A stretch of DNA of 64,000 bases, taken from the NCBI RefSeq assembly GCF_963921235.1, contig NC_086108.1, positions 96,164,001 through 96,228,000 of the forward strand, in the 5' to 3' direction. The DNA comes from Mobula hypostoma. Its lineage: Eukaryota. Under the pieces are notes generated by a model, which saw only the letters and a program-made list of their open reading frames with translations, did not search any database and was not told the origin of the DNA. Each line of letters opens with the position of its first letter. Within the stretch, counting starts at the first letter, position 1. A program made the translations under genes and the position numbers. Of the stretch, positions 12,021 to 25,157 are shown piece after piece.

Positions 12021-12869
12021 GAAATCTGTAATTATATTGTTGCTGTTACAAATGTGAGTGTTCCAATTTCACGTTTAAATATGGATTTAAATAGCCTTGT
12101 AACCATGATGGGATTTTAATTGTTGTCTTAACAATGTTACCTTACCCAATTACTTTAAAACTAGATGGAAAGCAATTCTAATTCCTGTACCTTAAAAAAA
12201 TTATCTATTTCCTACAGTTTATTTGTATCAGAGTTCCAGGTCAGTGCCTAATAATGACGCATCTTGAGGCAATACAGTATCTTTAATGGGAGTTTTGCAA
12301 ACTAAGCCAAGAATACCCATTTAACATATGACTTCCAACAGGTCACTCATATGCATAATCATTCTCCTGGAAATTTATATTTTGTGTGCCTGTGTATAAA
12401 CCAAAACAATAGAAGTTAATTACAAAACACATGAAGGTGCCTGTGGCAGTAATAAACAAAATGAAAGCATTGTAAAATTTTCCCTAAATTCCAGGCTTAT
12501 TTTTCACATGATCTGCCTCTCCAGTTATGTGCATATGTTTTATTTTCTTCCATATCATATAACTGGATTTCATCTGTGATGTAATTCTAGCAGATGGTGA
12601 TATCAGGTAACATGTTTCAGCTTGTCTGGCACCCATGCAGACTTTCATCATTCCAAGGTGTTCTTTTTGAGGCTTACCAACTCTATTTCCTCTCCCATAC
12701 TCCTTTAAATCTTCATTGGATTTTCAAACTAAAGGTACATCTTCCTCAATATCAAAATGTGCTGAGCATTTGAAAGAGCAGTGGTTGCAAAACTTCAGGT
12801 AGAGAAAAGGTGATATTGCTGATCTTCTACGTGTTGTTAATCATGAAACAGAAATATATCCACACACTT

Positions 12870-13390
12870 AGGCTGTTGCTGGGTCTGGAGGACCTGAGTT
12901 ATAAGGAAAGATTAAGTAGGCTAGGATTATAATCCTTGAAATGTAGAAGATTGAGAGGAGATTTGATAGTATATGTATATGGTCTGTCACAAGCCTTGTG
13001 GCCCATCAGGCTGGTGCTTATGCCGGTTTCCATGGAGGTACGCAAAATTATGAGGGGTACGGAGAGGGCAAATACAAGCAGGCCTTTTCCACTGAGGTTG
13101 GGTGGAACTACAACTAGAAGTCATGAGTTAGGGTGAAAGGTGATAAGTTTAAGGGAAATGTGAGGGGAAACTTCTTCACTCAGAGGGTCATGAGAGTGTG
13201 GATGAGCTGTCAGTGCAACTGGTGCAGGCAAGCTTGATTTCAATGTTTAAGAGAAGTTTGGATAGCTACATGGATAGTAGGGTTATGGAGGGCTATGGTT
13301 CCGGAGCAGGTTGATGGGAGTAGGCAGTTTAAGTGGTTTGGCATGGACCAGATGGGCCAAAAGGCCTGTTTGTGTGCTGTACTTGTATAT
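12870..13390 (+). mobile_element. CR1 LINE 3' end with a ~65-bp foreign insert (about 12970-13035)
   Basis: LSYKERL / RRLRGDLI motifs, then ttcttcactcagagggt and the typical tail gatgggccaaaaggcctgtt. Confidence 0.8.
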
Positions 13391-13899
13391 GACTCGGTGG
13401 CTACTTTATTAGCTATAGCTGGACACCTCATTAATATAAATATCTAATCAGATAATCACGTGGCACAACTCAATGCATAAAAACATGCAAGCAGTATGAT
13501 CAAGAAGTTCAATTCAAACCAAACATCAGAACGGGAATGAAATGTGATCCAAAGGACTTTAACTGTGGAATGATTGTTGTCAGACTAGGTGGTTTGAATA
13601 TCTCAGAAACTGCTCATCTCCTGGGATTTTCATGCACAACAGACTCTAGAGTTTACAGAAAATGGTGCAAAAAACCAAACAAAAACATCCAGTCCTGTGG
13701 GTGAAAACACCTTGTTAATGAGAAGGGTCAGAGGAGAATGGTCAGACTGGTTCAAGGCAAACAGTAACTCAAGTGCCCACACATTAGTGTGGTGCAGTGG
13801 TGTGCAGAAGAGCATCTCTGAACACAATACATTGAACCTTGAAATGTATGGGTGACAGCAATAGAAGACTCAGGTACCTAATAAAGTGGCCACCGAGTG
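13391..13899 (+). mobile_element. Tc1-derived non-autonomous DNA transposon
   Basis: TIRs actcggtggctactttattag / ctaataaagtggccaccgagt followed by TA. Same family as 41868-42409. Confidence 0.82.
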
Positions 13900-16176
13900 T
13901 ATATATAAAGTATGGGTGAAAGTACAAAATGGATAATGTGCCAAATTGAGATCAAGTGTAACTTTTCAGCCTTCAAGCACCTCCTTCACTTATGATTTCA
14001 GAGCCAAGGTCCTGATGTCCTAAGTCTGTGGTCTCCCAAGCCTCCGACTGTCAGCATACATTTCTGAGTCTCTTTCAAACCCTGCATTGCATCATGCGAT
14101 TTTAATGCCTCCTCTCATTCCAGGCCTTTATGCATGCACTACACTCCATAGCCACAGGACACATTTATTGTCTTGGCCTAATAACCCTACTTAACTCAGC
14201 CTACGGTAGGTTCTTGACTAGGAAATTTAGAATGTCTTTATAGTTAGTTGCATCATATGAAAACGTAGTTTTTTAGAGAAGTCTCCCAATGATCACCAAA
14301 ATTAATAATATAAATAGTGGGGCACCTTAGTAAATCACTCAAATGTAAGGCATTGTGACAAAAATATTAAATGGAGTTTTGGTTCACAAAATCTTTTATT
14401 TAAGGAATGTGGTACCCTTTTGATTTGTTGTCATATCTGTTATTGGTTTGCATGAGTTTGCTTTTTATGCAACTTATACTAATGTTGACCGTTTCATAAC
14501 TTAGAAATTTAAAAATTGAAATCCCTGGGAATGTATCCACTTGTATGATCTGTTAATAAAACTTTAGTGACTTAAAACTAATGAGGAAAACTCAATGGAT
14601 CTATTGATGATATGCCAGGTTAGGCTCAGTCTGTTCATTCATAGTATTAACAAATCTAAATAATTTACTGTTATCTGTTTACAGCATGGAAAGTTCTAGA
14701 CTTAGTTTATCTGAACATAACTTTGATTTAAGACTGCTTTTCTTCCTCTCCAATTGCCCTCTTTGGGTCTGACATCTTCGTAGAAAATCACATAATTAAA
14801 GTTGGTATTTGACAAGATTAACAACAAATGAAGTAATAAAACTAGTAAAATTATATTAGAAAGAATGTGATAGCTGGCAGTACTGATCTGCTTCACAAAT
14901 GGTTTGAGGTGCTGATGGTGAAATGGTAATAATTATGGAAGAAATGCATTTTCTTTTAGAAGCTCTTTATTCAACATAAAGACATTCTTTACATATCACA
15001 ACACAGAAAGACGCCATCAAGACCGACATATTTTAGATACTTCAAAATATAAAAGTATCAGTTAATCTATTTTTCAAAGTCTCTCTGCCTTAAAGATGAC
15101 TCTGTTAATATTTTTGTACAATTTCTTAAATTGGTCCAGGTAACTCCCTTCTCTTTTCCTTGCAATTTTTGTGTATGCTATTCTTCTTTTCTATCGTGGT
15201 ACAAATATACTTGTTGATTCAAATGCACTGTTGCTCGGGCACTGCCACATCATCAATATTATCTGTGAATGTATTCACTTACCATTGATGTTCCTTTTGC
15301 CATCTCCAAGGAAGTTTGGACAAAAGTGAATGAGGAGCCACCTATTCAGAAATAAAGAAAAAGCTCTTGTTAAAGTTTCAACGGAGAAGCCTAGTTCAGG
15401 GAAGAGAATTCTTTTTCAGTGCGCATGTTTATTATTTTTACAAATGTTGAACTGTTTTGAATTTTTGCAAAAATTATGAGCTTGTGTATAAAATGAAATT
15501 TTACTGAAACAAGAGTTCTTTTTTTGAGGTGCAGTTAGTATATTTTAGTTCTACTTTGAAGTCACAACTTTTTGCTTAGCATCACTTTTTGCCTCAATTT
15601 ATTTGAGGATTTTAATCACAACTGAAAGTATATAAAAATTAATATAGTAAGTGCACCTGCTCTGTCTTAATATGGATCTGGATTCACTTCCAACACTGGG
15701 CATGGTAAACATGGCTGTTTCCCTGCCAGATATGTAGAGTTCTGTAGTATTGCTTGTAGCACAGTCTCTGCTTAAATCTCAAGTCAAGAGATTGAACAAA
15801 TGCTTTCCTGGTTGTTGCAGTACTAATACTTGCCAGACAGATATCTGAAGCCATTGGGAAGTCCAAAACTTGCAAAAGTAACTTGAGATTAGGTGAATGC
15901 AGATTCTTGCTGAACTTAATGTAAAAGTGCATCTTGAATCCACAATATAGCTTTTAAAACCTGTGATCTTTTGCAAGTTTGCTTTGCAAGGAGTGAACAA
16001 TTAGAATGTAAGTGGTTGAGTTATTGTTTGTGATATAAATCAACATCAGGCCTAATGCTGTTGAGTTGGAAGTAAAAAGGAAAGTCACAACCATCCCTCA
16101 TCTTGGGCCTTGGTTAAGAAAAGCTGGGTCCTGATGACCAGTTCAGAGTCTATTCTCCAGATGCTGTTGTCAAAGG

Positions 16177-16660
16177 AACACTCACAATGTGCTGGAGGAA
16201 CTCAGCAGGTCAGTCAGCATCAGTTGAAAAGATTAGTCGACGTTTCGGGCCGAAACCCTTCGTCAGGACTGAAGGAAGAACTTTGGGGAGGGTTTGAAGA
16301 ATGCTGGTAGTTGAAAAAAACAGTAATTTGAAAGACAAAGGGGTGGGGGAGGGGAAGCAGGGAGGTGATTGGCAGGAGAACAATGCGCAGTAGTAGAAGG
16401 AGGCGGAACTATGAGGGAGGTGATGTGAAATGGGGATAGAGGAAGAGAGGGGGAGGGAATTACCGGAAGTTGGAGATTTCTATGTTCATACCAAGGGGCT
16501 GGAGACTACCTAAACCGTATATGAGGTGTTGCTCCTCCAACCTGACTTTAGCCTCATCATGGCAGTAGAGGAGGCCATGTATGGGCATATCTGAATGGGA
16601 ATGGGAAGCAGAGTTGAAGTGGGTGACTACCGGGAGATCCTGTCTGTTGTGGCAACAGAG
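16177..16660 (-). mobile_element. Penelope-like element 3' fragment (end of GIY-YIG endonuclease plus pseudo-LTR)
   Basis: DLPVVTHFNSASHSHSDM...RLEEQHLIYGLGSLQPLGMNIE is the typical C-terminus of Penelope GIY-YIG ORFs. Followed by the hammerhead-containing terminus. Confidence 0.88.
16235..16270 (-). ncRNA. Minimal type I hammerhead ribozyme motif, best-preserved copy
   Basis: Reverse complement agtc-CTGACGA-a-gggt(ttcg)gccc-GAAA-cGTC-gact: intact cores, UUCG-capped stem II, GUC triplet, palindromic ACGT in place of helix III. Confidence 0.8.
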
Positions 16661-18069
16661 TCTTTTCTGCATTGAAAGTTGGTGGATTCATTTTTAACAA
16701 TCAATGTCTTTAAAATGATTGGAGGAAAGAAAACATAGACTGGTGGATTATATAGATTTACAAACTTCATAGCCTTGACTAGGAATGACATGGTTCTGCA
16801 TGCATTTCTAATGAGTTTGTAAACATGAAGTTCCATAAAGAACTATACCCATCTCAAAAATTATCTTTATAAACCTGCTGTTCAAAACAAAGACAAATAT
16901 TGGTTTCATTAACCTTTCTTTTTAGAAAAACATGTTACTTGTATTTTTGAGCAGTCCTTGTTTAAAAAATGAACAATTGTTAGAAATTATAATTGTCTAT
17001 CTAAAATAAACGTTTGAGAAATCTGGGGATAAGGAACTTAAAGTCATCATAAGTTTGAGGTGTAACAGATCCTTTTGTGGGATAAATTGCATATTATTTT
17101 TCTAAAAACTCAATATGCATAGAAAATTTCAAGTTAAAAATTTCTACTGCAAAATTCAAGTTTTAGGCTAAGGCATTACTTTGAAAGCTTAATTTAGTCT
17201 GTGAAGGCACACAAGATATTTTAATGTGGTTAAGTATATGGCTGTAAAGTGCATTTTAATTTATTTTTGTATAAAACCAGATTGAAACAAAGTATTGTGA
17301 ATATGTGTAGGATCTGAGCAAAATTAATTTATGATTGTAATATCTGCCATGTAACTTGGTAATTTGCAGTATTATCTTAAAGGCATTCCTTAGTGTTCAT
17401 TAGAATCGAGTATAAAAACTTGAACAGTGATGAGCTTGTCTGTTGAAGTTGAAGAATCACAGTCACTAATCAATTTGAAGGTCATATTAATCAACATTCT
17501 ATTTGGTTTTACATATTTGCAAGATATCTGAATACATTGCAAATAAAATGACTTCATTCACAGTACAGCTAAACATTTAAGGCAGCTTAGTTACATCTTG
17601 ATCCAGTTGCTCTGAATATGTCAGTATTTGCTCTGGAGCGGAGTCATAAAGAACTTATTTTCAAAGTCCTTGCAGAAGTTGCCAATAACTGGATTTGACT
17701 TAGTTTGGCAGCTTCTCGAGATTTAAACACTACATTTTCAGAGAAAATAGTCATATTTTGGTCAGACAGAATTTCCTGCAGTCCTGTTTACCAGGTGGGG
17801 AATCTTGGGTGCAAGCATATTGCAAGGTGTAATTTGATCGTCTACCATGGTCACTTCAAAATTCCACTTTCAGGAAAGGTTTACTTCAAGGATGTTTTAG
17901 TAGTAATGTTCCTACTGTATTAGAAGTCATTTTCAAAAAATTAGACTGGACATTTCAAATATTTTGGAGACATAAGAATTTTGTTTAATTAATTGGTTTT
18001 TGTGGAATGGGCTGTCATATCCTTTTATAGATACGAATAGAGGAATTGGACGGAACCACTGCAAGGAAT

Positions 18070-20040
18070 ATCATGGAGTCGGAGCGCTACAGCATTATAA
18101 ACAGGTCCTTCAGTCCATCTAGTCATGTCCAACTGTTTTATTGTCTAGTCCTATGGACCTGCACCTAGACAGACCATAGCCCTCAGTACTACTCCCATGA
18201 ATATATGCATCCAAACTCCTCTTAAACATTGCAAAGGAACCCACATCTACCACTTCTGCTGACACTTCTTTACACTTTGCATCACCCTCTGAGTGACGAA
18301 GTTCTTTCACAGGTTCCCCTTAAAATACTGTATTTCACCTGAACCCATGATCTCATCCAATCTCAGTAGAAAAAGCATGCTTGCATTACCCATTCTTTAT
18401 CCCTCATTTTGTATACCTGTATCAAATCTCCACTCATTCTCCTATGCTCCAGGGATAAGGTCCCAACCTATTCATCCTTTCCCCCTGATTCGGGCCCTCA
18501 AGTCTTAACAAATTCCTAGTAAATTTTCTCTGTACTCTTTTGATCTTATTGATACTTTTCCTGTAGGTAGGTAACCAGAACTGCACACAGTATTCCAAAT
18601 TTGGCCTCACCAATGTCTTATACAACTTCAACATCCCAACTCCTCTGCTCAATACTTTGATTTATGAAGGCTAATGTGTCAAAAACTCTCTTTACGAGCC
18701 CATCTATTCGTGATCTCACTTTCAGGAATTATGGACCTGTCTTCCCTGATTCATATGTCACACTACACTCCTTAGTGCCCGACCATTCACTGTGCATGTC
18801 CTACCGTGGTTTGTCCTCTCAAAGTGCAACCCTCATACTTATTCTGCATTAAATTCCATCTGCCATTTTTCAGCCCATTTTTCCAGCTGGTCCAGATCAA
18901 CACAGGTGATGCCAACAGGCTGAATAAACTGATTATAAAGGCTGTCTGTTATGAGAGTCAAACTGGATACTCTGGAGGCTGTGGTAGAATAAAGGACCCT
19001 ACGGAAAGTCCTGGCAATTCTGGACAATGTTTCTCACCCTCTGCATGCCACCTTGGCTGAACAGAGGAGCCCCTTTAGTAATAGACTAAGACAACTGCGC
19101 TGCTCCAAAGAGTGCTATATGAGGTCTTTCTTACCCTTGGCCATTAGGCTCTATAATGAGTTAACCTATAGCCAGGGAAGTGGTGATCCCCTCCCGTTAG
19201 GCTGTTCGAGGTAACTTATTTTTTATTCTTTCTTACTTCTCTTCTAATGTTTATAAATCTGTGCACTTGTAATGCTACTGTGACACCATAATTTCCTTTG
19301 GGATCAATAAAGTATCTAAGCTTTGGTCGTTTTCCTCTCTGTCCACTATGCCCTCAAACTTGGTGTTATCTGCAAATTTGTGGATCCACTTTACCATATT
19401 ATCATCCAGATCATTGATAATAGATGACAAACAACAATGGACACAGCACTGATCCATGTGGTGCACCGTTAGTTACCAGTTTCCAGTCAGAGAGGAAATG
19501 ATCTGCTACCAGTCTGGCTTCTGCCTCTAAATCCAGTGTTAAATTCAATTTACTATTTCATTATGAATGTCAAGCGACTGAACCTTGGCCAACCTTCCAC
19601 ATGGGACTTTGTCAAAGGCCTTGCTAAGGTCCACTGCCTTTCCTCCATCAGCTTTCCGGGTACCCTTGAAAAAATCCATAGGATTGGGCAGACACGGCCT
19701 CCCATGCACACAGCCACGTTGACTAACCCAAATCAAGCATTGTCTATCCATTTACTTGTATATCTTGTCCCTTAGAATACCTTCCAATAATTTATCTACA
19801 ACTGACACCAGGCACACCGGCCCATAATTTCCTGGCTTGGCTGCAGAGACTTTCTTGAACAATGAAACAACAGTAGTGATTCTCCAGTCCTCCAGCACCT
19901 CAGCCGTGGTTCAGGATGTTTTAAATACCTCTGCCAAGGCTCCTGGAATTCCTGCACTAGCTCCCCAGAATGTCCAAGAGGACACTTTATCAGGCCCTAG
20001 TGACTGTTCATTTTAACTTGCCTCAAGACAGCAAGCATGT
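18070..20040 (-). mobile_element. CR1 LINE (RT and 3' end), degenerate, interrupted at about 18898-19318
   Basis: LYKTLVRPNLEYCVQFW...RVQRKFT (18434-18652), WAEKWQMEFNAE, KFADNTK and DLSKAFDKVP fragments in colinear order. Confidence 0.88.
18898..19318 (+). mobile_element. Rex1/Babar-like LINE 3' fragment nested in CR1
   Basis: DANRLNKLIIKA and HPL motifs, tail tttcctttgggatcaataaagtatcta. CR1 sequence resumes immediately afterwards. Confidence 0.72.
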
Positions 20041-21087
20041 TCGTCACATTGTCATGAAACCACTTCTTAACAACAGTCAGCTAATTTCATCCAATGTTAC
20101 CTGTATACCAAGACATAATATTATATAAGTAGGATTAGTTTCTTTGAGCCTTTGCCATTTGTGAAGATTTAGCAGATTTTTTTATTCACAACTTCTTCCA
20201 ATACATTTACATTTCCTCATTGTCCTAAGTACCCAAAAATCTTTCAATCTTTGATTTGAATGAACTCAGTGACTGAGCCCCCACAGTGGTCTGGAGTAGA
20301 GAATTACAAGTGTTCATTACCCAGAAAGAAATTTCTTCTTATCTTCGTTCTAAGTTGTCCAACTCTATTTTCTGAAATGGTGACTCTTGGCTCGGCTATC
20401 AGAGGACACATTCTCCCTGTATCCAATCTTAGCCCTGTAAGCATTTCGTAAATTTAATTGAAATCTAAAGAATAAGGGCCTGCTCTACTTGGTCTCACCT
20501 CATTGGGCATCCTTAGAGCCCACGTAGTAAATAGCATTTCCTCTGTGATAAGTGTGGCACAGTAATGCAACAGTTACTTCTACTGTTTCACAGCTCCAAG
20601 GATCCTAGTTTGATCAAAAGGGGAGATTATGGGCACTTGAGAAAGAATAGCTTGAAGGGCCAGAGAAATTAAACAGTTGAATTAATCTTTTGGGAGCTAG
20701 CATAACTTCCTCTAGTGTTGCAGTTGATAAAGAGACCTAAAGAGCACACACAGAATTGCTGTAAGATGTCTTTACTGCTGTAACTCAAATCTTCTTGTAA
20801 TACAGGCCAAGTTATCATTTGCCTTCATGGTTTCTGCTCTTGCACACTAGCATTCAGTGACACGTGAGACCCATTATTACCCAGTCTCTCAGCACTTTAA
20901 GAAAAAATGCTTTTCTATTTTGTGGACAATTTTAAAAAATTGCAGGCAGTGACCAACAAAAATTGGCGCTATTGTAGGTAGTGAGGCAGGTTGATTAAGA
21001 CATGGCATAGATCCTCTAAAAAGTTGGGCAGACTTTTTGGAAGTCTGGAAAAAGTATGGAAGTCAATTTTAACAGATGTGCGTTGAT

Positions 21088-21680
21088 TCAGAATCAGGTT
21101 TATTATCACTGACGTGTTGTGAAATTTGTTTTGATGAGGCAGTACAGTGCAATATATAATTTATAATAAGAAATAAATATACTGTATATATCATATATTC
21201 TGTATTACAGATATATTCATTCAGAAGAATGAAGGGTGACTTCATTGAAACCTATCGAGTGTTGAAAGGCCTCAATGGAGTGGGTGAGTCTCAGACTAGA
21301 GGATGCATTCTCAGGATAGAGGGCCATCCTTTTAGATCAGAGATGAGGAATTTCTTCAGCTAGAGATTTGTGAATCTGTGGAATTCGTTGCCACAGGTGG
21401 CTGTTATACTTAAGGAAGAAGTTGATAGATTCTTGATTAGTCACGGCATGGGGGGATATGGGGAGAAGTCAGGAGATTGGGGCTGAGAGGGAAAATGGAT
21501 TACCCAGAATGAAATTGTGGAGCAGACTCAATGGACCAAATGGCCAAACTCTGTTCCTGTGTTATGGTCTTATAAGTAGTGCAAACAAAAATGAGAACAA
21601 AATATTGAGGTGGTGTTACTGGGTTCATAGACTGTTTAGAATTCCAATGGCAGAGGGGAAGAAGTTTGGTAGAGAAGACT
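21088..21680 (-). mobile_element. Rex1-type 3' UTR fragment split by a + strand CR1 3' end (about 21220-21570)
   Basis: 21088-21180 and 21572-21665 match consecutive parts of 29675-29900. The intervening part has RRMKGDFIETY and the CR1 tail. Confidence 0.7.
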
Positions 21681-21684
21681 GTCA

Positions 21685-22072
21685 AGGATAGGTTGGATAC
21701 ATTCAATGTTAGAGCCCTGGGGAATGTTGATAAGCAAAAGAGACCTTGGGGTAGAAGACTATAGATGCCTGAAAGCTGCAGCACACATGAATATACTGGT
21801 GAAGAAGGTGTGGGAAGCTTACTATCATTGGCTGTGGTGTATTGGCTTGGAGCATCATGCTCCAGCTTTCTGAAACATTGGTTAGGGCATACTGGAGATA
21901 TTATCTGCAGTTTTGGTCACCACACCATATGGAAGAATGTGTTTGTTCTGGATAAATTATAGTGGAGTTTCACCAGCATGTTGCCTGGCCCACTGCTGTT
22001 CGAAAGAGGGATGAAAAGACTGATTTTGTTTTCCCTGGAGCAGAGGAAGCTGAAGGATGACTGGATAGAGGT
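21685..22072 (+). mobile_element. CR1 LINE fragment, old
   Basis: agagaccttggggt...acattggttagggcatactggag...gcagttttggtcacc...gagcagaggaagctgaaggatgactggatagagg. Confidence 0.65.
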
Positions 22073-22630
22073 ATAGTGCCTATGAAAAATATTCACCCCA
22101 CTTGAAAGTTTTCATGTTTTATTGTTTTATGACATTGAATCACAGTAGATTTAACTTGGCCATTTTGACACTGATCAACGGAAAAGACTTTCATGTCAAA
22201 GTGAAAACAAATCTCTACAAAGTAGTCTAAATTTATTACAATCATTAAGTTGCATAATTACTCACCCCCTTCAAGTCAGTATTTAGTAGATGTAGCTTTG
22301 CACATCTGGACACTGCAATCCTCCCCCTCCATTCTTTTTTACAAAACTGCTCAAGCTCTGTCAGATTGCATGAGGATCATGAATGAACAGCCCTTTTCAA
22401 GTCCAGCCACAAGTTCTCAATTGGAGTGATTTCTGGACTCTGACTTGTCCATTCCAGGACATTAACTTTGTTGCTTGCCTTTTGGCAAACTCTAGCCAAG
22501 ATCACATGTGAGTTTTTTTTCAACAGTGGCGTTCTCTCTGCCACTCTCCCAGATGTAATTCCATTACATCTTGGAAGGTTCAGAGACCAGACTTTTACTT
22601 CAATGTACAGAAATATTTTAGAGGTAGACG
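22073..22630 (-). mobile_element. Tc1 transposon remnant with internal deletions
   Basis: Terminus tagtgcctatgaaaaatattcacccc with internal repeat tactcacccccttcaagtcagt. Minus-strand NVLEWTSQSPEITPIENLW corresponds to the Tc1 WPSQSPDLNPIENLW motif. Confidence 0.82.
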
Positions 22631-23235
22631 AAAGCCTCTCAGCCAATTACAATTAAATTTATTTTATTTATTTTGAATCGGAGACAGTGCGTGGAACAGG
22701 CCCTTCTGGCCCATTGAGCTGCACCACACAGCAACCCATCTATTATCTCTAGCCTAATCACAGGACAATTTACCATGATCAGTTAACCTGCTAACTAATA
22801 AGTCTCTGGACTGATAGTAAAGAAGTTAATCAAATCTTGCCATTTACTAGGAAGCTGCAAAAATATTCTTAGAACATCAATAGTAATTATAGTGGAACAA
22901 ATTGGCTGTTGAATATCCTTGCCATTGAATTTTATCATCTTCCCAGATACCAAATCTCTCTTGGCAGCATTTTGTACTGTTTGCATTCACCACAACACCT
23001 CACCAAGTTGTTTTCCCTCTGCCTACACCATCAGCCCAACACCCAAGTACTAGGTCCCTTACCACTTCCCACCTGCCTACTCTACTTCCCTTATTTGATT
23101 TTATGCTCCACCTTCCTCTTGTATGAGATTCCTTCATTTTTCCCCTCTTTTGCCTCGACCTATCACCTCTTAGCCCTTGTTGCTGTTTCCATCCTTCCCT
23201 AGTTTATCAGCCTATCACCTCTCCTCACCTGTCAA

Positions 23236-23412
23236 TCAGCTCCACTTCAGCACCATTGATAAAGGCAAGGGCATATTCTGTATCCACCTCCTGAAGAGAT
23301 GGAGGGAAAGGTTGTTGTCTTGACACCATGCCACTAAGCTCTCTATCTTCTTTCTGTACTCTTCCTTACTGTTGCTAGAGATCTGGCCCACCACAATGGT
23401 ATCATCTGCAAA
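23236..23412 (-). mobile_element. Rex1-type RT fragment
   Basis: FADDTIVVGQISSNSKEEYRKKIESLVAWCQDNNLSL. Confidence 0.72.
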
Positions 23413-24229
23413 GACTGATCTATCATTTATTGCCAATGCTACACATTGATAAAGTGTACATTTTTTGGTGCATATTTAAATATTAATTGTAATTTTTGAC
23501 CATTTGTCTTAACGCTTAATACAAGTTCTTTCTTGGATCTAATCGAAGCATTTTTTTTTACTTTGAATTTATGTATCTCTGAACAAGTTGTGTTGACAGA
23601 TTCCTTTCCACAGTTCTGTTTCCCACGTGTAATACATTGATTTTTTCTGTATCTTTCCTTCTGTTAATACAAGTCAGGAAATAGCAGCTATTTGTTTTAA
23701 CAGTAGACTTTGCCTTTCACTGGTCAGTTTGGCTTCCTCTGCTATGATTGATGTACACAGGGAAAAAATTTTAAATCTTATTTTTATATATTAGGTGATA
23801 AAAAGGATAGTTTAATGTGCAATAAATCCAAGAAAGTAGATTTTCCTGAAAATATATAAATCGTATACAGGCTGATAGATTTGCTATACTTAAATGGTGG
23901 TAAAAGTGAGCTAAATGGCAGTTGACTGAAGCATTGTTTATTATTGATAAGATTTAATTTCAAAGTATTGATTACACTTTTGTTAGTTGAAAGTTCTAGT
24001 TCAAAATTAGTATAATTAGACAAATTGAGTCCTGTTTCTGAAAAATCAGTTTGATTCACCGAGAAGCTGTCTGCAAGGCCAACGTTTATTCCCTTTTCCC
24101 AGATATTGACGAGACACCTTATGGAAGACTTTGCAGTCCTTTTATCTTAGGTTACTAAAAGTGGACACTTGGGTAATCTGCAACTGTTGGTAGTGCCATG
24201 ATGTTCTTGATGGTCTTGGGCATGAGTTT

Positions 24230-24392
24230 TATTGGATATATTTAAGGCAGAGGGTGATAGGTTCTTGATTAGTCAGGGCATCAAAGATTATGGGGAGAAT
24301 GGGTTTGAGAGGGATAATAAATCAGTCATTATGGATTGGCAGAGCAGGCTCAGTATGCTGAAATGTCCTCATTCTGCTATATCTTATGGTCT
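24230..24392 (+). mobile_element. CR1 3' tail
   Basis: ggatatatttaaggcagagggtgataggttcttgattagtcagggc...tcttatggtct; same tail at ~21410, ~32575 and ~35580. Confidence 0.75.
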
Positions 24393-25157
24393 AACTCAGA
24401 GCCAGTTTTGCTATGCTGATGGAAGGGAGAAATTGCTTAGGTTGGTGGGTGGCATCTGTTGATTGTGGAAGGTGGCAGGATAGAAGATAAGGGTGTGTGG
24501 TACCCTGCCTTTGCTCTGGGTGAGAGGAGATTGGGTGAGGTTAGGAAATGATACCGACAGGATTCAGAATTTCAACTGTAGTGGAGGAGAAATCAAAATT
24601 GATGCAAAATGTTGGCGCCTCAAAAGCAGTGGTGTTGGATGGAGGCAGAGAAACTGAGAAGGGTATGATGAGAAGAGACGGTATCAGAATAGCTGTAGGA
24701 GACTGTGTTCTCAAGGAAATAGTTTTATTCAAAAAGCAGATGTGCAAAATATGAAGTAAAAACAAGAAATGCTGAAACCATTTAGAGCTGAAACATAAAA
24801 TCTCTTTTCCACTCTTCACAGTTGCTTCCTGACTTGTTGCATATTCCCAACATATCCAGCTTGGGTTGATAGAATATTCACAAAAAATTAATTTTAGCTG
24901 AGTCTGTTTCTAGTAGATCCAAAGCAGTGGAGTGCATTTGAGTAAACTGAGAAGTTTAATACATCTTTATCAGGTGAAAAAAAAATGATAATTTAGAAAA
25001 TATATAACTATTAAATGTACAATTCATGATTAAAATTACTTAATAATGCAATGGTGTTTTCACGATCGATTTTTGTCATTGATCACAATCAACTACATAA
25101 CATCTATGCAGGAAAACTCTTTGAATATTGAATTGAATAATATGCTTCGTATTTAAA

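Noticed and set aside
14200..18000. Repeat-poor AT-rich stretches as conserved enhancers
   Set aside because: Conservation cannot be judged from a single sequence; no direct evidence.
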